A stretch of DNA of 64,000 nt from Candidatus Omnitrophota bacterium (lineage in GTDB: Bacteria > Omnitrophota > Gorgyraeia > Zapsychrales > Fredricksoniimonadaceae). Shown here piece after piece: positions 47,983 to 58,562 of the stretch (position 1 is the first letter of the stretch; every line of letters starts with the position of its first letter). The stretch lies in the NCBI GenBank assembly GCA_013286575.1, contig JABDFL010000001.1, positions 9,905 to 73,904 of the forward strand. Direction: 5' to 3'. The position numbers and the translations under genes are program-made. Below the pieces are notes generated by a model that worked only from the letters and a program-made list of their open reading frames with translations, searched no databases and was not told the origin of the DNA.

Positions 47983-48888
47983 ATGAGTTTAGTTGTCTTG
48001 GGTACCGTCGCGCTGGACCATGTTAAAACACCTTCAGGGGTCAAAAAGGACATGCTGGGCGGGTCTGCCGCGCATTTTGCCATGTCCGCCCGGCATTTTA
48101 CCGACGTGCACCTGGTGGCGGTGGTCGGCCGTGATTTTCCCTCCAAGCACCTGGATTTTTTAAAACGCAAAGGCATCGATCTTTCGTCGCTCAAGATCGA
48201 CAGCGGGAAAACTTTCCGGTGGCGGGGGGAGTATAAAAAAGGGGATTTGAACACGGCCCTGACCCTGGCCACGGAATTGGGTGTCCTGCAGAGTTATGTT
48301 CCTGAATTAAAGGACCACCAAAAAAACCTTCCTAATATTTTCCTGGCCAATTTTGATCCGGATTTACAGATACAGCTTTTAAAACATTTGAAATCCCCCC
48401 GGTTGATCGGTTTAGACAGCATGAATTTATGGATCACCCACAAACAAAAATCGTTGCGCCGTTTGATGAAGATGGTGCATTTGTTCGTCGCTAATGACGG
48501 TGAGGCCAGGGCCTTGTCAGGAGAAAATAACCTGATCATGGCTGCCCGGCGCCTGAGGGCCATGGGGCCCCGCATGATCGTCATTAAAAAAGGCGAGCAC
48601 GGCGTGCTTTTCTATAGCGATCAGGTGATGTTTTCCTTCCCGGCCTATCCCGTCGATCATGTCGTTGACCCCACCGGCGCCGGAGACACCTTTGCCGGCG
48701 GCCTCATGGGCTATTTAAGCCGTGCCAACAAGCTCGACGATAAAACTTTGCGCCGTGCCTTGCTGTATGCCACGACCGTGGCTTCTTTTAATGTGCAGGG
48801 CTTTGGCATGGCCCGTACAGCGTCCCTGACGATGCGTGAGATCGATGAACGCATGAAGGTATTGGTCAAATTCTTTGCCCTGGCATAA
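47983..48888 (+). CDS. PfkB family carbohydrate/nucleoside kinase
   Basis: GGSA, NDGEA, DPTGAGDTFAGG. Confidence 0.92.
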   Translation: MSLVVLGTVALDHVKTPSGVKKDMLGGSAAHFAMSARHFTDVHLVAVVGRDFPSKHLDFLKRKGIDLSSLKIDSGKTFRWRGEYKKGDLNTALTLATELGVLQSYVPELKDHQKNLPNIFLANFDPDLQIQLLKHLKSPRLIGLDSMNLWITHKQKSLRRLMKMVHLFVANDGEARALSGENNLIMAARRLRAMGPRMIVIKKGEHGVLFYSDQVMFSFPAYPVDHVVDPTGAGDTFAGGLMGYLSRANKLDDKTLRRALLYATTVASFNVQGFGMARTASLTMREIDERMKVLVKFFALA

Positions 48889-48900
48889 CTGGAGAGGTTT

Positions 48901-49149
48901 GTGAAAATAATCGGCCTTGCGGCGGCAATCATCCTGCCTTTTTTTAATATTCCTTTGATCGTCAAGATCGTCAAGCTGCGCTCGTCGCATGAGATCTCAT
49001 TGATCTGGTTATGGGGGGTATGGATATGCACGCTTTTGATGGCCCCTTTGGGATTTACCTCCACGGACATGGTCTGGCGCTGTTATAATATCGTTAATTT
49101 GATTTCATTTACCGGAGTGGTCATCGCTGTTTGGAGGTATCGAAAATGA
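48901..49149 (+). CDS. PQ-loop/SemiSWEET-like three-TM protein
   Basis: IPLIVKIVKLRSSHEIS; three hydrophobic helices. Confidence 0.65.
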   Translation: MKIIGLAAAIILPFFNIPLIVKIVKLRSSHEISLIWLWGVWICTLLMAPLGFTSTDMVWRCYNIVNLISFTGVVIAVWRYRK

Positions 49150-50063
49150 CTTTAAAAAGCGGCATGGTGGCCATTGTGGGCCGTCCCAATGTAGGCAAAT
49201 CCACCTTGCTTAATGCCATCTTGGGCGAAAAAGTCTCCATTGTTTCCGACGTGCCGCAAACCACGCGCCATCAGATCAGGGGCATCCACACCGATGAGCG
49301 CGGGCAGATCGTTTTTATCGACACGCCGGGGATACATGCGGGCAAGGATAAGCTCGATAAATACATGAACCGCGCTTCTTTAGGCAGCATTGATTCTGTT
49401 GATGCCGTCATTCACATGGTTGATGCCAGTGAAAAAACAGGCCTGGAAGAAAAACATGTGATCAGCCGCCTCAATAAATGCGGCAAACCCATCATCGTGG
49501 GCTTAAACAAGATAGACATCACCAAGGGGAAATTTGTCCCGGAGTATATCAAGCTTTGGGAAGAGATCCGCGGCGTGCCCATGACCGAGATGAAAGATTT
49601 GATCCTTTTCCCGCTTTCGGCGCTGAAAGGCACCAATGTCAAAAAACTGGTCGACCTTTTATTTGAACAGATGCCTGAAGGCCCGCTATTATACGACAAG
49701 GACACGATTACAGATTTCCCCAAGCGCATGGCCATGGCAGATTTGATCCGGGAAAAATTATTCCTCCTGATGCGGGAAGAAATACCTCATTCCATTGCCG
49801 TGATCATCGAGGGCGTCCAGCCCAAGAAGGGGAAGGTCCTGCATATCCGGGCCGCCATTTTAGTGGAGCGTGAATCCCAGAAAGAGATCGTCATCGGCAA
49901 AGCAGGGGCTATTTTAAAGCAGGTGGGTAGCGAAGCCCGCAAGGATTTGGAAGAATTAGTCGACAGCAAGGTTTTCCTCGAGCTTTTTGTAAAAGCCACG
50001 TCCAACTGGCGCGAAGACTATTCCACCCTGGAAGAAATGGGATTCATTTTCAGCGATTTATAA
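49146..50063 (+). CDS. era: GTPase Era
   Basis: GRPNVGKST, PQTTR, DTPG, NKID, EIPH, VIGKAG. Confidence 0.96.
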   Translation: MTLKSGMVAIVGRPNVGKSTLLNAILGEKVSIVSDVPQTTRHQIRGIHTDERGQIVFIDTPGIHAGKDKLDKYMNRASLGSIDSVDAVIHMVDASEKTGLEEKHVISRLNKCGKPIIVGLNKIDITKGKFVPEYIKLWEEIRGVPMTEMKDLILFPLSALKGTNVKKLVDLLFEQMPEGPLLYDKDTITDFPKRMAMADLIREKLFLLMREEIPHSIAVIIEGVQPKKGKVLHIRAAILVERESQKEIVIGKAGAILKQVGSEARKDLEELVDSKVFLELFVKATSNWREDYSTLEEMGFIFSDL

Positions 50064-50065
50064 AA

Positions 50066-50740
50066 ATGGCCGATAGAAAACTTTTAGATAATGGGCAGAT
50101 CGCGCAGGTGATTAAACGGCTGAAGGTCGCGATGCGGGATTTACCGGACCCTTCGGTGACCCTGGTCGGCAAGAAATTCAAAAGCCCGTTTTTGGTGCTG
50201 ATTTCCTGTTTGTTGAGCCTGCGCACCCGTGATGAGACGACCTTGCCGGCCAGCGAACGCCTGTTTGCCCGCGCGGCTACGATGCAGGGGATGCTGGATA
50301 TTCCCGTTGCTGATATTCAAAAATTGATTTATCCGGTAGGTTTCTATAAAACCAAGGCCTTGCGTATCCATGATATTTGTACGGATTTGATCCATCGTTT
50401 CGGGGGAAAGGTCCCGGACGATTTGGAACAGCTTTTAACGCTCAAAGGGGTAGGGCGCAAAACCGCGAACCTGGTATTGACCGAAGGTTTCGGCAAGCCG
50501 GGCATCTGTGTCGATACCCATGTGCACCGGATTTCCAATCGCCTGGGGTATGTCAAAACCAGGACACCTGATGAGACGGAATTCGCTTTAAGGGAAAAAT
50601 TGCCCCGCAGGTATTGGATTGAATACAATGCCCTGCTGGTGACCTGGGGCCAGAATGTTTGTAAACCCATTTCACCGGTCTGTTCCGCTTGCCCGGTGGA
50701 AAGAATTTGCCGACGCGTCAAGGTCGGCATCAGCCGCTAA
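50066..50740 (+). CDS. nth: Endonuclease III
   Basis: LKGVGRKTAN, VDTHV, C-X6-C-X2-C-X5-C. Confidence 0.94.
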   Translation: MADRKLLDNGQIAQVIKRLKVAMRDLPDPSVTLVGKKFKSPFLVLISCLLSLRTRDETTLPASERLFARAATMQGMLDIPVADIQKLIYPVGFYKTKALRIHDICTDLIHRFGGKVPDDLEQLLTLKGVGRKTANLVLTEGFGKPGICVDTHVHRISNRLGYVKTRTPDETEFALREKLPRRYWIEYNALLVTWGQNVCKPISPVCSACPVERICRRVKVGISR

Positions 50741-50742
50741 AT

Positions 50743-52032
50743 ATGAAACTATTTCTTTATTTTTCACAAGTCATCGGTTTGGACATCATGGATGCCCAAG
50801 GGCAGTGGATCGGCCGTTTGCACGATATCGCCATGAACCCTTACGCGGACATTTATCCCAAAGCCAGCGACTTGATCATTCGACGGGGATCATCCTCCAA
50901 GGAATATGCCCGGGTCAATTGGGAAGATATTGTCTATATTGAAAATAATATCCGCCTTAAGATCATGGGTGACCGGCTTAAATTTTCCAAAGAAATACCT
51001 AGATCTGATTTTACCCTGCGCCGCGACATCTTTGACCAGCAGGTGGTGGATATCGATGACCAGCGTGTGGTGCGGGTCAATGATATCCATTTGCTGCGGG
51101 TGGAAAACCAGCTTTATGCCGCGCATGTGGATGTGGGTTTAAGGGGCATTTTCCGGCGTTTGGGATGGACGGGGATGGTTGACCTTATCGTGTTTCTTAT
51201 CAATTCCAAATCACCCTATTTGACCAATGAAGAATTGATCCCCTGGAAAGCCACCCAGGTCCTGCCGAAACTGGGGCGCATGAAAAGCGTCTTAAAGCTG
51301 GAAGTTGCCAAAAATAAATTGGGCAGCATCCCGCCGGCTGCCTTGGCGGACATCATCCAGGGCCTGGACATTTTTGTCCGGGTGTCCATGTTTAAATCAA
51401 TGGAAAGCGCATTGCAAAATAAAGTTTTTACGGACATGACCCTGACCTGTAAAGCAGAGCTGGTGGAACAGCTGAGCGAGGCAGAGTCAGCCAACTTGAT
51501 CACCAATATCCCGGCGGATGAGGCCACCGACCTGCTGATGAAATTGCCGCGTGAAAAAGCCCATCATCTGATGGGGCTGCTGGGCTCGGAAACCAATAAA
51601 AAATTACGCAAACTTTTGGGCTACGCCAAAGATTCCGCCGGTGGGCTGATGACCACGGAGTACCTTTATTTAAAGGCCGATGCGACGGTGGCTGACGCGT
51701 TTAATAAAATAAGGGAAAATATCAATTTCCCCGGCACCATTTTCTTTTTTTATATCGTTGATGACGATCACAAATACCTGGGCACGACGTCCCTGCGGCG
51801 TTTTTTCAATGAAAATCCCCAGACTCTTTTGATCGACATCTGTTATCCGGAAAATATCCATGTGTATACGGATGACAGCGTTGAGCAGGTCGCCCTGCTT
51901 TTGGAGCGTTACAAATCTTCTTCCATCCCCGTTCTCAACCACCAGGACATTTTGCAGGGCATTATCACCATCGACGACGTTATGGAAGAATTGATTTCTT
52001 TGGTATGGCATAAATATAAAGAGAAATTATGA
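50743..52032 (+). CDS. PRC-barrel + MgtE N-terminal + CBS soluble protein
   Basis: DQQVVD..RVVRVND, DSAGGLMT, GIITIDDV; no TM domain. Confidence 0.82.
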   Translation: MKLFLYFSQVIGLDIMDAQGQWIGRLHDIAMNPYADIYPKASDLIIRRGSSSKEYARVNWEDIVYIENNIRLKIMGDRLKFSKEIPRSDFTLRRDIFDQQVVDIDDQRVVRVNDIHLLRVENQLYAAHVDVGLRGIFRRLGWTGMVDLIVFLINSKSPYLTNEELIPWKATQVLPKLGRMKSVLKLEVAKNKLGSIPPAALADIIQGLDIFVRVSMFKSMESALQNKVFTDMTLTCKAELVEQLSEAESANLITNIPADEATDLLMKLPREKAHHLMGLLGSETNKKLRKLLGYAKDSAGGLMTTEYLYLKADATVADAFNKIRENINFPGTIFFFYIVDDDHKYLGTTSLRRFFNENPQTLLIDICYPENIHVYTDDSVEQVALLLERYKSSSIPVLNHQDILQGIITIDDVMEELISLVWHKYKEKL

Positions 52033-53297
52033 GTTTCTGGGAAAAAGCAAAAAAAAATAAGGTTTTGAAAAACACCCTGTTCTTTTTGGCCATGCTTGGG
52101 CCGGGCGTTATTACCGGCAGCGTGGATAATGACGCCGGCGGCATCACCACGTATTCGGTGGCCGCAGCCACCTACGGCTATCCTATTCTCTGGACACTTT
52201 TGCCCTCATTCATTGTTTTGCTGGTGGTGCAGGAAATGAACATGAGGATGGGGGCCTGCACCGGCAAGGGCCTGGCAGACCTGATCCGGGAGAACTTTGG
52301 CGTTAAAGTCACTTTTTGGATATTTTTAGGCTTGCTTGTAGCAGACATCGGCAATACAGCCACGGAATTTGCCGGGGTGGCGGGCAGTATGAATATTTTC
52401 GGCATCAGCAAATATATTTCCGTGCCCGTGACAGCAGGGGCTGTTTGGATTTTGGTGACCAAGGGCAATTATAAGATTTCCGAGCGCATTTTCTTAATGT
52501 TTAGCGTGGCCCTTTTGTCCTATATCGTTTCCGCCCTGGCGGCCAAGCCGGACTGGCACCAGGTGGGCCTCGCCTTTATCCATCCGCAGATACAATACGA
52601 TAAAGACTATCTGATCATGGTGCTGGGCATCGTCGGTACGACCATTGCCCCCTGGATGCAGTTTTATATGCAGTCCGCGGTCATTGAAAAAGGGACGACC
52701 ATGGAAGATTATAAACTGGCCCTGGCGGATGTCGTCATCGGATGTGTGGCGACGGTGGCCGTGGCTATTTTTATCATGGTCGCCTGTGCTGCCACCCTGC
52801 ATGTGAATAATATTACGATCAATGAAGCCAAGGACGCGGCCTTGGCACTCAAGCCTTTTGCCGGGGCTTTGGCCTCCGCGGTTTTTGCTTTCGGACTTTT
52901 TGTTGCCTCCATATTTTCCGCGACCATCCTGCCTTTGGCCACGGCCTTTTATATTTGCGAAGCCTTTGGCTTTAATGCCGGCATTGATAAACGTGTCGAG
53001 GAGGCCCCGCAATTTTACACGCTTTTTGCCGCCATCCTCATCATCGCCTGCGTCATTATTTTGATCCCTAATGCGCCTTTGATCGCCATCACCTTATGGA
53101 CCCAGGACATCAATGCCATGCTTCTGCCGGTGGTCCTGATTTCCATGCAGTTGATGGTCAATAATCCGGAAATTATGGGGGAACATGTTAACAATAAATT
53201 CCAAAATGCCGTCGGCTGGTCCACGACGGTCATTTTAATCACCCTCACCCTTTTACTGATGGTTTTACCTGCCTTTGATCTTTTCAAAGCCCACTAA
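52029..53297 (+). CDS. Nramp-related divalent metal (probably Mg2+) transporter
   Basis: GPGVI..DNDAGGI, GTTIAPWM; multiple TM helices. Confidence 0.85.
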   Translation: MSFWEKAKKNKVLKNTLFFLAMLGPGVITGSVDNDAGGITTYSVAAATYGYPILWTLLPSFIVLLVVQEMNMRMGACTGKGLADLIRENFGVKVTFWIFLGLLVADIGNTATEFAGVAGSMNIFGISKYISVPVTAGAVWILVTKGNYKISERIFLMFSVALLSYIVSALAAKPDWHQVGLAFIHPQIQYDKDYLIMVLGIVGTTIAPWMQFYMQSAVIEKGTTMEDYKLALADVVIGCVATVAVAIFIMVACAATLHVNNITINEAKDAALALKPFAGALASAVFAFGLFVASIFSATILPLATAFYICEAFGFNAGIDKRVEEAPQFYTLFAAILIIACVIILIPNAPLIAITLWTQDINAMLLPVVLISMQLMVNNPEIMGEHVNNKFQNAVGWSTTVILITLTLLLMVLPAFDLFKAH

Positions 53298-53411
53298 AAA
53301 TTTTTATGGCATTTTGGCGGATTTTTGGTAAATTGTAGGCTTAATTCTTTATATAGATACTTTGGGAAGCTATGTAATTATTTTGAAACTAATGTTTATT
53401 AAACCTGAAAT

Positions 53412-54428
53412 ATGAGTAAAATAATAGGGATTACATATGATTTAAAGGGCGATTGGCAGGGGGCTTCGGATGACCCTGTTGACGCGGCGGCTGAGCTCGA
53501 CGGGCATAAGACGATCGAATGCCTTAAAGCTGCCCTGGAATCGGCCGGGCATAAGGTGGTTTTAATCGGCGGTGCGCGCCAATTGATCAGCCGCGTGACG
53601 GGCGGAGATTTAAAGGTCGATATTGTCTTTAATATTTCCGAAGGCTTTAAAGGCCGCAACCGCGAATCCCAGGTGCCTGCTATTTTGGATTTATACAATA
53701 TTCCTTTTGTCGGTGCTGATGCGTTGACCTTAGGCGTTACTTTAGATAAGGTAGTGGCTAAAAAATGTTTCATCGCTGAAGGGATACCGACAGCACGTTA
53801 TTTTAAGGCCACGCTTGAAGATAATTTGTTTGCATTGAACACGATCGGTTTTCCTTTGTTCGTCAAGACCCTGCACGAGGGCACGTCCAAAGGGATCACC
53901 CAGGCATCAAGGGTCGCGGATTTTGAACAGCTTAAGGCCCAGGTTGAGCATATCAACCGTAATTATAAGCAGCCGGCGCTGGTCGAGGAGTTTATTAAGG
54001 GCACTGAGTTTACCGTCGGCGTTATCGGTAATAATCCGCCGGTCGCCATGCCGGTGGTGCAGTATGCGATTGCGGGCAAGACGGCTTTAGGCAATGAATT
54101 TTATTCGTACCGCCACGTGGCTGAAAAGCTGGTGGAGCATATTTGCCCGGCGCCTATTGATGAGAAATTAGCGAAGAACCTTCAAGAATTAGCGGTGCGC
54201 GCATACAAATCTGTTGATTGCCGTGATTTCGGGCGTGTGGATTTTCGCGTGGATGAAGCGGGCAAGCCTTATGTCCTGGAAATCAACCCGTTGCCGAATT
54301 TAAGTCCGGACGATGTGTTCGTTCTCTTTGGTAAAGTTTTAAAGATGTCGTACAATCAGATCATTAATAAAATCATGGATGAAGCCCTCTTGCGTTTGGG
54401 GCTTATGGAAGGAAGTTTGCAAAAATGA
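53412..54428 (+). CDS. D-Ala-D-Ala ligase-like ATP-grasp enzyme
   Basis: EGTSKGI, LVEEFIKG, GRVDFR, LEINPLP; atypical N-terminus (ITYDLK, FNISEG, RESQVP). Confidence 0.85.
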   Translation: MSKIIGITYDLKGDWQGASDDPVDAAAELDGHKTIECLKAALESAGHKVVLIGGARQLISRVTGGDLKVDIVFNISEGFKGRNRESQVPAILDLYNIPFVGADALTLGVTLDKVVAKKCFIAEGIPTARYFKATLEDNLFALNTIGFPLFVKTLHEGTSKGITQASRVADFEQLKAQVEHINRNYKQPALVEEFIKGTEFTVGVIGNNPPVAMPVVQYAIAGKTALGNEFYSYRHVAEKLVEHICPAPIDEKLAKNLQELAVRAYKSVDCRDFGRVDFRVDEAGKPYVLEINPLPNLSPDDVFVLFGKVLKMSYNQIINKIMDEALLRLGLMEGSLQK

Positions 54429-55612
54429 GCCCTGTGACCACAGTGATCAAAGAAGAGACAGCCTCATCTTCCGGCGGGCCCAACATTCCGTTGTCACCTG
54501 CGGAACAACGCGTCATCAAACTTTTTCCGGGCGCGACATTAGCGGATTGGGAAGATTGGCGCTGGCAGATCAGAAACCGTATCCGCACGCTTGACCAGAT
54601 CACCAAGCTGATGAAACTGACCCCGCACGAAGAGCGCGGGGTCAAAGGGGCAGGGGACAAACTGACCATGTCCATCCCGCCGTATTTTGCCGCCTTGATC
54701 GATGAGAATGATCCCGGATGCCCTATCCGTTTGCAATCAGTCCCGTTGGATTATGAATTTGAGACGACCCCTGAAGAAATGCTCGACCCTTGCGGTGAAG
54801 ACAAGAATTCCGCCGTGCATGGCCTGGTGCACCGCTATCCTGACCGCGTGCTTTTTTTAGTCAATGAGATGTGTGCCATGTACTGCCGTTATTGCACGCG
54901 CTCACGCATGGTGGGTGACGGCAACCACACGCTTAATACCTCCACCTATGACGCGGCGCTCAATTATATCCGTGAGCATAAAGAGATCCGCGATGTGCTG
55001 ATTTCCGGCGGGGACCCTTTGACCCTGGGCGACCGTATGCTGGAATATTTGATTTCTTCCGTCAAAGCCATCCCGCATGTGGAATTTGTGCGTATCGGCA
55101 CACGCATCCCCGTGACCCTGCCCCAGCGGATCACGCCGGAGCTGATCGCCATGTTTAAGAAATATTCGCCCCTTTGGATGAGCGTTCATTTTAACCATGC
55201 CAGGGAAGTGACCCCGCGCGTCAAGCATGCCTGCAACATGCTCGCTGATGCCGGCATTCCCATGGGCAGCCAGACGGTGCTCTTGCGCGGCGTTAATGAT
55301 TCGCCGGAAGTCATGAAAAAACTTTTCCATGAACTTTTGAAGATCAGGGTCAGGCCTTATTACATTTATCAATGTGACCCCATCGTCGGCTCCAGGCATT
55401 TTCGCACCAGTGTTGAGACGGGTATTAATATCATCCAGAACCTGCGGGGGCATACCACCGGCTACGCGGTGCCGACCTATGTGATCGACGGGCCCGGCGG
55501 CGGCGGTAAAATCCCCGTTAATCCGGATTATTTGGTTTCCAAAGAAAATGGCCGTTATACGTTGCGTAATTACGCGGGAGAATTATATACCTACGTCGAC
55601 CCAACCTATTAA
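54425..55612 (+). CDS. kamA: KamA family radical SAM lysine 2,3-aminomutase
   Basis: HRYPDR, CAMYCRYCTR, SGGDP, YIYQCD, VIDGPGGGGK (PLP Lys). Confidence 0.88.
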   Translation: MSPVTTVIKEETASSSGGPNIPLSPAEQRVIKLFPGATLADWEDWRWQIRNRIRTLDQITKLMKLTPHEERGVKGAGDKLTMSIPPYFAALIDENDPGCPIRLQSVPLDYEFETTPEEMLDPCGEDKNSAVHGLVHRYPDRVLFLVNEMCAMYCRYCTRSRMVGDGNHTLNTSTYDAALNYIREHKEIRDVLISGGDPLTLGDRMLEYLISSVKAIPHVEFVRIGTRIPVTLPQRITPELIAMFKKYSPLWMSVHFNHAREVTPRVKHACNMLADAGIPMGSQTVLLRGVNDSPEVMKKLFHELLKIRVRPYYIYQCDPIVGSRHFRTSVETGINIIQNLRGHTTGYAVPTYVIDGPGGGGKIPVNPDYLVSKENGRYTLRNYAGELYTYVDPTY

Positions 55613-55690
55613 AATGCACGATCGGATGACGTCTGTCCCTAAAAATGGCCAGGAATCCCTTTTGGGAATTAATCATTGGGGAGAAATATC

Positions 55691-58561
55691 GTGAACGGAC
55701 ATCCGTTTAAAGCCTCTATTTTTGTTTTTTTTATGTGTCTGGCAATTCTCACGGGTGGTATTAAGTCCTTTGCCCAAGACGATAATTCTGATGAGAATAC
55801 CCAGGAGACATTAAACCAGATCCATGATTTGGAAGTAAAGTTACAGCAAGCCAATAAGTCGCTGGATGCAGCCCAACAGTCTGGGAATCAATCGGATACA
55901 GAAACAGCAGTTACACAGGCCCCTGTAGCACAAGCATCCCCTCAACAAGCAGCTCCTGAGCAGGCAGACGACTCTGCGCCGTCTTCTTCAGACCAGACTA
56001 CTTCGACTTCTCCGGCCCAAACAGCGCCGGATAGGACCGTATCCATTAACACAACTTTAAATTCGCTCGAGGTAAACTCAGCTCAAACTGCGTCCACTAC
56101 TTCGGTTCCAACTACTACGCCCACCCCGACACAGACTGTTCCGTCTGCTCCAGTACAAACTGTTCCGCCTGCTCCGGCTTCTTCAAACCAAACTGCCTCA
56201 TCTACCGGCAATACTCTAAAAATCAGCGGGGAAGTGCGTGCTTCCATGGGAGTTTACTCTAGCGGAAATGCGGTGTTTACCCGGGCCAACGCGGACCTTA
56301 ATGAAAAGAATTACCGGTTGGTATCGGATAATGCTTTAAACAATGACATCAATACCTATGACCCTGCTCTCTATTCCCGTTTGAAGGTCGTGATGGATGC
56401 ATCTGTCGCATCTGCGGTGGTATCTGTGCACTTGAATGTGAGCGTGGACCCATGGAGTTTTACGGGAAAAACCAAGACCCAGCTAGTCACCACCCCATAC
56501 GGAGATACCGTTAAGGTCCAATATTTGACTTGGGGAAATACGGGGTATACTGTTAACTCTACTTTTAATACCATGAGGTTTGCTAATGGGATTGAAGTGC
56601 CTGAAATAAAAACAAACGGTAATATGGTGCCGGCGACAACAGTACCTAATGTTGACACGTATTATCAAGACGGCGACACATTCAATCTCCCTGCCGCGAA
56701 AATAGACTATTCTTTTTTTCCTTTTAGGGAAGCGTGGGTCGATGTCAAACCTACCGATGAATTAAAGTTACGCATTTTTCCGATGGGCTTTGAAGACCAG
56801 GCTTTAAGTACGGACGACCCTTTAAAACTTTCCAATAGCACAGAGTGGTGGGCGGAAAGCCCATGGCTTGATGGCTGGCAGCAGGGTAATCTTAACACCG
56901 GGCTCACACCGGTGAGTTTTACAAAAGGTCAATGGGACAAGAGTTTGTCGTTCTTTACTAAGGACAGCGACGGGGTGCGTTTGACCGCCTTGCGCGGTGT
57001 TTCCCTGGATTGGAAGCCGGGGGATGAGACATCTTGGGATACCACCATCGCCAGCCCCAAAACCCTTTGGCAGGATTACGGGGACATTACGGCCCTGGCC
57101 GGGAGCTCGCGGTTAAAGCAGGATATCGGCGATTCTTTTTATATAGGCGCCTTGGGGAACATGCACCAGGGTTTTGACTTAGACAATCAGATAGATGCTG
57201 AAAATTATACCGGCGGTGTTGATTCCGGGGCCATGCTCCTTAAAAACCTGAAACTCAATGCTGAATACGCTGAATCCAAAAGCATCTATGATGAAACTTC
57301 CCCTGAGTATTCCACTCAATATGGCGGCAATGCCTACTTTGTATCGCTCACCACCGCTTCCAACCCTGAGGATGAGGACATCCTCAAGAAAGATTATTTC
57401 GGCTTGCTGCCTGTCGAGAAAACAGAGGATTTTTATAAGAGTACGATTTATTTTGCCAGGATGGATGAAGGCTTCGAGTCGAGCCTGTCTGATTATCACG
57501 AAACCCGCAGCGATAGTTTCTGGGCGGATAACCTGACTTTTTATCCTTCGGATTACCGTTATATGCCGGGCATCGGCCCCACCCTGTCCGAAAATGATCT
57601 GGATCCTTTTGCCATCGGTAACGGCATTGATTACGGGCGTTCGGTCATCAACTGGCGGGGAGATGTGAATTTGATGGACGGGAAACTTCAAGGGCTTGCG
57701 GCCATACGGCATGTCACGGACCATAATGGCAATAATGTGGAAACCGCCTCCCGCCTTGGAATGACATATCAGGTCACGGATAAACTTACCACCAAGGCCC
57801 TATTATTATGGGACGCCTTGCCTAATACAACGGCAGGGATAGATCCTTTTCAGGTGTATGATCCGACTGGCGTAAACTATAATAATGACGCGGTCCCGGG
57901 CGGAAAAGACCCCAGCTTGAAAACCGGCTCTTTGGGCGCCCGTTATCAGTTGACTGATTGGGCCGCCATTAATGGTGTCTGGAAATATACCAATGATTTT
58001 GTCGAAGGCACCAATGAATTCCCGCAAACGGTCATGGATAGTATTAGTACCGCGCCGAGTTTTCAAAATGGCCAGAATTACCGCCAGTATTTCCCCTTTA
58101 TATATGATCAGAGCTACTTTGAGCAGGCACCCTATCCCTATTATAATATTTTTAAAACAGGCTTGGAGTTGACCCCCAGCGAAAAATGGCATCTTTATCT
58201 GGACTATACCCGTAACCCCAACAGGTTCGCCGGGAATTTCGACGACAATATGAACCACGAAGGCATTGAAGCCAGTTATGTGCCGACCCCCAAGATAGGT
58301 TTTTTCGCGAGCACTGTATTTTCCCAGGGTTATGATGTCAACCGTTTAGTCAATGATAATGAGCTGGATTATCGGGACTATATTAATTTCTTTTTTGAAA
58401 TGCGCATGATCCTGCCCAAAGACCTGATGATGTCAATCCAGTACGGTGTGGGCCCATCCTACGATATCCAAACTTCCACCACCACTCCTAACCTGACATA
58501 TTCTTCCACTGTCCTTGAAACCCAGCACCTTGTCCGCATCGTCTTTGATAAGAAGTTCTAG
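55691..58561 (+). CDS. Large exported, probably outer-membrane beta-rich protein
   Basis: Signal peptide, S/T/P/A linker, aromatic amphipathic strands, C-terminal Phe; GGGGAG before GTG. Confidence 0.7.
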   Translation: MNGHPFKASIFVFFMCLAILTGGIKSFAQDDNSDENTQETLNQIHDLEVKLQQANKSLDAAQQSGNQSDTETAVTQAPVAQASPQQAAPEQADDSAPSSSDQTTSTSPAQTAPDRTVSINTTLNSLEVNSAQTASTTSVPTTTPTPTQTVPSAPVQTVPPAPASSNQTASSTGNTLKISGEVRASMGVYSSGNAVFTRANADLNEKNYRLVSDNALNNDINTYDPALYSRLKVVMDASVASAVVSVHLNVSVDPWSFTGKTKTQLVTTPYGDTVKVQYLTWGNTGYTVNSTFNTMRFANGIEVPEIKTNGNMVPATTVPNVDTYYQDGDTFNLPAAKIDYSFFPFREAWVDVKPTDELKLRIFPMGFEDQALSTDDPLKLSNSTEWWAESPWLDGWQQGNLNTGLTPVSFTKGQWDKSLSFFTKDSDGVRLTALRGVSLDWKPGDETSWDTTIASPKTLWQDYGDITALAGSSRLKQDIGDSFYIGALGNMHQGFDLDNQIDAENYTGGVDSGAMLLKNLKLNAEYAESKSIYDETSPEYSTQYGGNAYFVSLTTASNPEDEDILKKDYFGLLPVEKTEDFYKSTIYFARMDEGFESSLSDYHETRSDSFWADNLTFYPSDYRYMPGIGPTLSENDLDPFAIGNGIDYGRSVINWRGDVNLMDGKLQGLAAIRHVTDHNGNNVETASRLGMTYQVTDKLTTKALLLWDALPNTTAGIDPFQVYDPTGVNYNNDAVPGGKDPSLKTGSLGARYQLTDWAAINGVWKYTNDFVEGTNEFPQTVMDSISTAPSFQNGQNYRQYFPFIYDQSYFEQAPYPYYNIFKTGLELTPSEKWHLYLDYTRNPNRFAGNFDDNMNHEGIEASYVPTPKIGFFASTVFSQGYDVNRLVNDNELDYRDYINFFFEMRMILPKDLMMSIQYGVGPSYDIQTSTTTPNLTYSSTVLETQHLVRIVFDKKF

Positions 58562-58562
58562 T

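Noticed and set aside
53412-54428. Housekeeping ddl
   Set aside because: Lacks canonical N-terminal Ddl motifs and mur gene context
54425-55612. Assignment as EpmB (EF-P modification)
   Set aside because: No efp or epmA in the window; length and motifs fit KamA, and it is coupled to an ATP-grasp gene
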